Assembly: GCA_963693365.1 (NCBI GenBank)
Contig: CAVNZM010000003.1
Span: 6,331,448 to 6,395,447, forward strand
Reading direction: 5' to 3'
Length of the DNA stretch: 64,000 nucleotides
Source of the DNA: Amoebidium appalachense
Taxonomy: Eukaryota > Protista > Ichthyosporea
Positions 38,964 to 64,000 of this stretch are shown here, piece by piece; positions within the stretch are counted from its first letter, which is position 1; every line of letters begins with the position of its first letter. The notes under the pieces were generated by a model, which searched no databases, was not told where the DNA came from, and saw nothing but the letters and a program-made list of their open reading frames with translations. Made by a program: the position numbers and the translations under genes.

Positions 38964-39388
38964 CTTGACGGGGTGTGTGCATGGGCACATGCGCATGTGC
39001 GTGCCTGCACACCCCCGTTTGTGGGTTCATACTTTTGACCGATTGTGTACTGTGTTCTGTGTGTCGAACTGCAGTTTTGTTCATCCCCCCCGACCCCCCT
39101 TCCCATCCTCACCCTTCCTATAACCCTTTCATTCAGTCCTAGCCCCCCCCCCTCTCCCCCCCCCCCCTCCAGCCCGTTTTCTACCCCTTTCACCCCTCCT
39201 TCTCCATTCCTTTCCTGCCTCCACACTCCCTCATCCCCCCTCCCCCCCCCCCCCCCCTCCCCCATCCCCCCCTCTCCTCCCCCCTCTCTTCCCCTCGTTC
39301 TTTTGGTGTTTTATTCTTCCTGGCTCTCAGTTAAAACCCCTTCAAACGAACCGTTCATCCCCCGAACCCCTCTTACCTCCAGCCTTTA

Positions 39389-39424
<36 letters not shown>

Positions 39425-39991
39425 ACCACCACCACCACTACCACCACACACACACACACACCACCCCCCGTCCCCCCCCCCCCCTCCCCCCCCCCCCCCC
39501 CCCCCTCCTCCCTGCAACTCTAAGGAAAAACCCTTTCACCCCGCGCCCTTTCTGTTCCACTTCGTTCCATATCTCCGACCCTGCCATTGCTCTTAAATTT
39601 TTATTTTTATTTTTTGGTGTTTGTTTGGTGTTCTTGCCTGTGCTTTTGTGTTGTCTTTTCCTTCATGTTTGCCACTTTCTATATAGACACCCCCCCTGCT
39701 TCCCCCCTTTCGGTCTCCCCCTTTTCCTTTGCTGATGACGGGCTTCGGTGTGGTCTGTAGAACACTCTGCATTGTGTTATCTGGTGTGGTTGTGGACTTC
39801 GTACTCGACAACACATGCTAACCTCCCCCCCCCCCCCCCCCCCCCCCCCCCCCTGAGGATGGGCTCTGCTTATGACACATACTGTGCGCATGGCTGATGT
39901 TGCATACTTGAATGTTTGCCTTTGCATGTGTCCTGCACCATGCTTCTTTCTCATCCTGCATGTGTAGTTCGTGCCGTGTTCCGCATTCACC

Positions 39992-40028
<37 letters not shown>

Positions 40029-41404
40029 ATGATGGGCTCTGTTAAGTGTCTTCTGCCTGCACACTTTCTGTTTTTTCTATTTTTCGGTCCGATGTCGATG
40101 TCGACTTTTTTTTTTTTTTTTTAAAAAAAAATTTCATATTTTGTCTGTGGTGTCCCCTGCACCATATCTCCAACCCTCTATTGCATACATCCCCCCCCCC
40201 CCCCCCTTTTGTGGAGGCATAGCAACCCCCGTGAAGATGGGCTCTGTTCAAGTGTCTTCTACCTGCACCCTTAAATTGTTTGATTTTGAATTTCCCACTT
40301 TCGTGACGTTTGTTGTTGTCCTCTGGTGTCTCCTCCATATTTCCAACCCTCTAATGCATACATCACCCCCCCCCCCCCCCCCCCCCCCCGCCCTCCCCCC
40401 CCCCAGGTGCGCAATACCAGATACCCATTGCACTGTGGGTGTGTGAGCAACACCCCTCCGTGCCCCCCTACGTGTACGTGATACCGACAGATACAATGCT
40501 GATAAAACCAACAAGGAATGTGGGGTCATCGGGTCAGATATACCACACGTATCTGTCGGCGTGGAATGGGCAGGTGTGTGTCCGTGTACATAGGTGTATG
40601 TGGCGGTGGCGGTGATGGGGTCGGTACTTGTGTGTGTACGCGTGTGTGGGTGTGTGGTGGTACGTGTGTGGGTGTATAAGTGTGTGTGTATCTGGTTGTG
40701 TGTACATGTGTGTGTCTCCACGCGAAGGGTGCTGGTGGGGGGATGGGATGGGAGAGCAGAGGGGTGGGGGGATGGTGTGCTTGTGTACGTGTGTGCAGGT
40801 GCAAAAGGTTGTTTGTCTCCACCTGTGTGCGTGTGTGTGTGTGTGGTTTAGCTGGTTGTGTCGTAGGTTGCCTGTGGGTGTGTGTTTGACGTGTGTGTAC
40901 TCGTGTGTATGTTTGACGTGTGGACTCATGCGTATGGGTCTAGAATGTCTAGCCACGATTTTTATTTTTGTGTTCACATGTGTTATCCGTTTGTTTGTTG
41001 TTGGTGAGGAACAGGAGGGTAGATTTTTGAGTGTGGGCGGTGGGGAGGCTAGAGGGGCGATTAGGAGGAATAAATGAACGAGGGAAAAGAAGACAGTTTG
41101 TTAAGGTTGTAGGAAAATCAAAAATAAAAAAGTTCAAAAAATAAATAAACAAACAAAAAGTGTGTGGGTGGTGGTGTGGTGGTTGCGGACGGATGGGGCT
41201 GCTGGGGTTGGGAACCACGGAAGAGAAGGTACAGAGCCGAAACTTGTTTTTTTTAAGAAGGCAGGACTTCTCCTGATTGGCTCCGTTCATTGTCTCTTCC
41301 CATGTCTACGTGTTCGATCTAGTATAATGGTTCTGTTTTTTTTTTTGTTTTTTTCTTCTTGGGTTCCACATTCCCCATTTACAAGGCCTAGCCAGCCAGC
41401 CAAC

Positions 41405-41438
<34 letters not shown>

Positions 41439-41901
41439 TTCTTAGGCTCAGTTTCATTCCTCTCACTCCTGCCCCCCCCCCCCCCCACACACACACACAC
41501 ACAGACATGCACGCTCTCTGCCCTCCTAAGGGTGCTTCAGGGTGTGTTTGGTGCCGAATGTCCCGTTTACGCAAAACCTGCAAACCTCACCTCCCAGCCA
41601 CAAAGACCGTAAGAACCCCCCCCCCCCCCCCCGTTTCCCCCTCCCCGGGGGCCCAACCCGAAGCCGTTCCCCAAATCCTCTTACCCTTCTAACGGTTGTA
41701 TGGAGGAGGGAGGTTGATGGAGGGGAGAGGGGGAGTATGGGGGGGCGGAGGAGGAGGGGGAGAAGGGGGGGGGGGGGGGGGGGGGGGGGGAGGGAATAGG
41801 ACCAATGTGTGAATGGCATCTTAGTGGAGCCGAGGCAAAGGTGACGCGTATGTGTTGAGGTGTATGGGTGTCTGTCGTGGTGTTTTTTTTTTTTTTTTTT
41901 T

Positions 41902-41949
<48 letters not shown>

Positions 41950-42590
41950 GGGAGTTATGCGCTTGGGGTTTGGGTATGTGTGTGTGTGTGTGTGTGTGTG
42001 TTTGGGAAAACGGGGGGGAGGGGGGGGGGGGGGGGGGGTAATGTGTGCTCTGGGATTGTCATGTGTGGTTGTGTGTGTGTGTGTGGGGAGGGGGGGGTTG
42101 GGGGGGGGGGGGGAGGGAGGAACTGTGTGAAATATGATCCAGTAAAGAATAAGGAATACACCGCCTGGACTCATCTTTCCTTCTTTTTTGCATGCAAACA
42201 GGCCAAAACCGGATGGGTCACTGGCCGCCTTGGGAGCCAATAAAATGGGGGCTACACCGACTCCGACCAATCTAATCACAGCATCGCCAACGACGGCTAA
42301 TCACATGCGGTCTACTAATGGGCCGCAATTACCGCCCAAACCAAATGCAAGCAATGCTCCTGTACCACCACCAAAACCAAAGCATCTAGAAGAGTAAGTG
42401 CCATGAGATTACCCCCCCCCCCCCCTACCCCTCCTCGCGATTGTTTTTTTTTATCTGTTTGGGATAGCGTTCCCCGACTTCCGATTGCCTATTTCTTTCT
42501 GGTTTGTGTCCGCCCTCCCCCGCCCTCCCCGCGCCACCACGACAGTACGAACGTGCCAACGCAAGCAGGCATTGCACATACACAAACTAC

Positions 42591-42661
<71 letters not shown>

Positions 42662-42944
42662 AAAAAGAAAAAGAGGGAGAGGGAGAGCAGAGTGCGCAAA
42701 CATTGGGTCTGTGTTTGGTCCACGATGGCTTGCTCACACTGCACATACACAGGCACCACCGGTCCACGCCATCCAGCCACAACCACCTATCAGGCAGGGC
42801 CACACCCGACTATATGAGTGAGGACTACGGCAGCCCCCGAAGACCTTTTACCCCCCCTCTGAATCAAACCCCCCCACGATTAGACGCCCGGACGGCAAGA
42901 CATTTTGCACTGCATAGGGCGGCTGTGGAGGTGGGTGTGTGTGT

Positions 42945-42979
<35 letters not shown>

Positions 42980-43080
42980 GGAAGGGTGGGACGGTATTTG
43001 GGGTGGGGGGGGGAGGGGGTGGCTGAGGGAGGGAGATAGGGGAGGGGAGGAGGTTGGGAGGGTGGGTGGGTGTGGATGGG

Positions 43081-43120
<40 letters not shown>

Positions 43121-44101
43121 GGTGGGTGAGTTGGGGAGGGGGGGAAGTAGGTGTGGGTGTGTGGGTGGGGTGGGGAAGGGGGGGGGTCAAATGGGTGTGT
43201 GGGTGTGTGTGTGTGGGGGGGGGGGGGGGGGGGGGTTGTGTGGGGGGACGGGGGGAGGGGGGGGGGGGGGTTTGGGCAGGTGTGGGCGGGTTTTGTGCAT
43301 GGGTGTGTTTGTGTATGTGGGTGTGGGTGTGTAGGTGTGTGGGGTTTGTAGATGCTTGTTTTGTTGTGTCTGTGTATATGTGTGTGTGTCATTGGGCGTG
43401 TGTGTGTGTGTGTGTGTGTTGTTTGAGTGTGTGCAGGTGTCGTGCGTGCCAACCGTAATCCCCCCCCCCCCTCCCCCCCCCTCTCTCCCCACCGGGAAAA
43501 AGAAAAAAAAACACGAAAACAAACCTCCCCACCGAAACAAACAAATAAATAATCGGCCTGTTTAACAACCGACGTTTCTAACAATACCCACATAACTGAC
43601 ACAACCCCCCCTCCCCCCCCTCCCCCCCCCAATTCAGAGAGTTGAAGGGTATGAGAACAGCATAGAGCGCGAGGTTCGGGCCGAGACTGAGCGGTGTCAG
43701 AGGATGGCCAATCAGCTGACAGCAAACAGGCAGGCACTGGATGGCGCACACAGGCTGATAGCAGATGAGCTGGTGAGGATATGCGTGTACACAGGCACCC
43801 ACGTGCTTACATGTGCTCCTGGACACACTCAAACATGTGCGCATACACGTGCTCGAATACTCGCACGTGCATGCATACCTGCATAGACATGCAATTGTCT
43901 GCATGTGGGCATATACACGTGTGCGCGAACCGATTCTCGAGCACACACACGTACATGGTCACGTGCAGGCAGGCACACATGCAAGCATAACCATGCACGT
44001 GTATCCACAACATTTTGCTCAAAAGCCATTTTGCACACGTCGCACAAAAGCACAAATCCGTTAAATGTAACACAGTTCCCCCTCCCCTCCCCTCCCCCCC
44101 C

Positions 44102-44142
<41 letters not shown>

Positions 44143-44410
44143 CGCTACCTGCCCCACCCACCCACCCACCCTCCCCTCCCCTCCTCGCTCCCCCGACCCA
44201 CCCAGGCATGCACATACACACACACAGACACACAACGATTTTAAATGGCAGTATGGTTGTGAATGTGTCGAAAGTGTCGAACTCACGTTGGTTTGTTCTT
44301 TGTGAGGAACCCTCCTGATCAATAATTTCCAGATGGTTTCTGTTTTCTTTTTTTTGGCCTCTTCACAACCATGTTTACCGCCCTTTAAGGCATACATGAT
44401 CCCCCCTCCC

Positions 44411-44445
<35 letters not shown>

Positions 44446-44580
44446 ACCTGAGGATGGGCTCTGCTTATTATGCATACTCTGTATGTGTGGTTTGCACTCT
44501 GCGTTGTGTTGTCCGTGCTTTATGTGTACTTCGTACTCTATACCGCAGTCTAACCCCCACCCCCCCCCCCTCTTCCCCCT

Positions 44581-44619
<39 letters not shown>

Positions 44620-45550
44620 ATCCACCCACTCACATACACACACACCCACCCACAGACTGCCGTTCGAGAGGCCATCCAATCATACCAAAGAGTCAACGAA
44701 CAACTCGAGTCCACACTTTCACAACAGCAACAACAAAGACCCCCCCCACTAGACTCCATGGTGGTGACAACAACCCCCCTCTATGAGCAAATTCTGGCGT
44801 TGGTTGCCGAGGAAAATGCGGTTATCGACACGATATATCACCTGAGCAAGGCGCTGAATAGGGGGTTGATAGATATGGACACATTCTTGAAGGTAATACT
44901 TGAACCGCCTCCCCTCCCCCCCCCCCCCCCCCCCCCCCCCCTCCCTTGCCTTTGCATGTGTCCTTCGTGTATGCGTACTTCGTACCGTGTTCCGCATTCA
45001 AACCCCCCCAGTCTTCTTTCAGAGGTGTCCTTTCAGGACAGACCACTGTGTGGAGACCGCTTTACCTCCCTGCAACCGGGCATGGTTGCTCTGTGTCGTG
45101 CATCTGTAAGCACATACGCATTTTCCGCTGCACTGCATTGGTTTGCACACACATATTCACCGTTTTGCTCACCTTGCTTGCATAAGCAACCCTTCTCGTC
45201 TTTGATCAAGACGGGTTGACCCTCCCAAGTTCAGTTAGTGCTGCTGTCTGAGTTGGAGAGTCGTATATACACGGGCTAAGGGGTCGAAACTCAGACGCAA
45301 TTGATGACTTGGGCCCTCCCTGAGGATGGGCTCTGCTTATGACACATACTGTGCGCATGGCTGATGTTGCATACTTGAATGTTTGCCTTTGCATGTGTCC
45401 TTCGTGTATGCGTACTTCGTACCGTGTTCCGCAATCAAACCCCCCCCCTCCCCTCCGCCCCACTCCCCCCATCTACACACATGGGCACGTGCCCCCCCCC
45501 CCACACAAGCACCTGCATTTGCATGCACCCGCACACACACACATGCACAG

Positions 45551-45596
<46 letters not shown>

Positions 45597-45622
45597 TCTG
45601 CACACACACGCACACATACACA

Positions 45623-45682
<60 letters not shown>

Positions 45683-45782
45683 TTTTTTGCACGTGAATTC
45701 GCTTCTTATTTCACTTAGTGGATATACTGTCACCCACTTTTCCACCAGGCGGTTTGACTGGTCGGAGTGTTTGTGCTGGGTG

Positions 45783-45858
<76 letters not shown>

Positions 45859-46193
45859 CCGTATGTGCGTGTTGCATGTGTGCATGTATTGCTTGTGAGT
45901 GCGTTCGTACATGTGTGCCTATAGGTGTGTGTGTGTGTGCGTGGGTGCGTGGGTTCTTGGATGCTCGTGTGTATCTGTTTGGGTTTCGACGTTTGTCGGC
46001 CTGTTTGCCTTCTAAACCACGTGCAGCCATGCACGTCCACACTTTCTCATACCCATGCTGCACGTGCACTGATTATGGATTAATTTACGCCCACCGTTTT
46101 CCACAGCACGTGCGCGTGCTTTCACGGCAGCAATTTACCACCCGGGCACTCATCAAGAAAGCACGGGAGACGGCAGACCTTTTGCCTGTATGA
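35958..46193 (+). CDS. TSG101: ESCRT-I subunit TSG101/Vps23, 10 exons (35958-36008, 37272-37356, 38506-38568, 40407-40573, 41505-41608, 42202-42393, 42753-42930, 43638-43772, 44656-44892, 46107-46193), about 432 aa
   Basis: UEV domain ([20 protein letters not shown]...PPYVYVIPT...[11 protein letters not shown]...[12 protein letters not shown]), Pro-rich linker, coiled coil, and steadiness box ([27 protein letters not shown]...[13 protein letters not shown]...ALIKKAR). All junctions are GT-AG and phase-consistent. Confidence 0.93.
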
Positions 46194-46353
46194 GTCAAGT
46201 GACTGGCTCACAATAAGAAAATGTGACGAATGGCTTTTACCGCGCCCTTTCCGCCCCCCCCCCCCCCCCTCCCCCCCCCCCCTCTCCCCCCTTCCTCTCC
46301 ACTCTCCCCCTCTCGGTCCCATCTCCACATTTCCTTTGCTCTTACCTTCATGC

Positions 46354-46393
<40 letters not shown>

Positions 46394-46570
46394 TCCATTC
46401 CTATCCACCCTCCTCTATCTCTCCCATCTCCACATTTGCTTTGTTCTCACCTTTTTTTCCTCTTTAAGTGTCCGTCCTTTTCAATTTTTTTAATTTTTTT
46501 ATTTTTTATTTATTTTTTATTTTTATTTTTTTTTGCTGGGAGTAGGGTGCTCAAAGCCTCGTCATGAAAC

Positions 46571-54461
<7,891 letters not shown>

Positions 54462-55202
54462 GGTTGCTTATAACTCCTTAATTGACTGCGAATGGCTACT
54501 CTCCTGGAGTTGGTTTAGAGCCGTTCTGAACTAGGTTATTTTCGTAGATCCGTCACCCCCGTTGAGGTCCCATACTAAACAGCAGGTAGTCTAAACAAAT
54601 AGTGCCCGTTTCTCGCTAGATAGCTGCTTTTCGCCACAGCTTGCTAGGTAACCGTACAGTTAGTTCCGCTAGAACCCTAACATGGCATTTGGAATGCAAT
54701 TGTAAGTTGGTAACAACATGCACGCAAGGCTCCGCTTTGCCGGTCAACTCAGACCTACAATGTGGAACTGGTTTGCTTTTGGGCAGGAACGAAAGAGAGC
54801 CAATCAAACAATATCAAAGACTATCTTAAATGGCAGGTAGCTAGCCCAATATGGAAATAATCCACCTGGAATGTGGCGGCCTGATTTGATCTGTGTCGAA
54901 AAACGGTCACACACCAGCAAGCGTCAACGTGAAAGTTGCACGTTCGCACTGCTGGGGCCAGATGATGGATGTAGCGAAATTCATGGCAGGGATGTAGGGA
55001 GTTTCGTGTAGGATTTGGCAGGAGAGGACAAGTGGGATATTATCAGGAAATAATAGACGATGTATAGTTGCTACAGCTGTATTAGCTATTGTGTAGGGAG
55101 TTATTAAAAAGGGTGCGCTCTGGTGAGGGATGACAGGTTCGCGAAGAAGCCAATCAACGCATACGCATACGGAAAGGAGAGTGTAGGTCCTCAAGACACA
55201 AA
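54462..55202. promoter_or_regulatory. Putative bidirectional promoter region
   Basis: About 740 bp free of microsatellites between divergent ATGs; CCAAT motifs near 54800, 54846 and 55150. Confidence 0.45.
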
Positions 55203-63626
<8,424 letters not shown>

Positions 63627-63888
63627 GTATGTAACAGTGTGTCTGTGTGGTTGTGGTTGTTGGTGTGTTTGAGGGTTATGTTTGGGGTTGTGGGGTGTGT
63701 TTGTGATGTGTGTTTTGTGGGTTTGCGTTGAACGCAAGTATTCTGTGCTTGTGTGGGCAATGGCGGGTGTTCTATGCCTCAGTGTGAGCAGCTAGCCTGC
63801 GTGTGGAATGGTTGAGGACCGTCCAAATACTTAACTCTGCCAATGTCAAATAGTACAGTTTTCCTGTTGTTTCTTTTCCCTTTTGATT

Positions 63889-63992
<104 letters not shown>

Positions 63993-64000
63993 CGTGTGTG

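Noticed and set aside
35958-46193. Functional link between TSG101 and the neighbouring retroelements
   Set aside because: I saw no P(T/S)AP late domain or env gene in the elements; proximity alone is not evidence.

Overview
This is eukaryotic genomic DNA: GT-AG introns, many (CA)n/(GA)n microsatellites and poly-G/C tracts. The TSG101 sequence suggests an opisthokont, possibly a unicellular holozoan (inference only). The first ~22.5 kb is a nested retrotransposon island. It holds two copies of one Ty1/copia element with 925-bp LTRs and a half-tRNA-iMet-type primer site, a solo LTR of that family inside its own pol (5-bp TSD), and an internally deleted Ty3/gypsy pol fragment. It also holds four derivatives of an Ngaro-type tyrosine-recombinase (YR) retrotransposon with A...B-A-B split direct repeats: a miniature, a solo repeat, a probable chimera and a truncated copy. 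The remainder is intron-rich host sequence: a 3-exon orphan gene (30027-31911), a 10-exon TSG101/Vps23 gene (35958-46193), a minus-strand micro-exon gene starting at 54461, and a divergent plus-strand gene from 55203 encoding a long disordered KEN/D-box protein that runs off the window. The best leads are the Ngaro recombination series and introns whose ends carry complementary simple repeats or lack a polypyrimidine tract. All alignments and exon models were made by eye.
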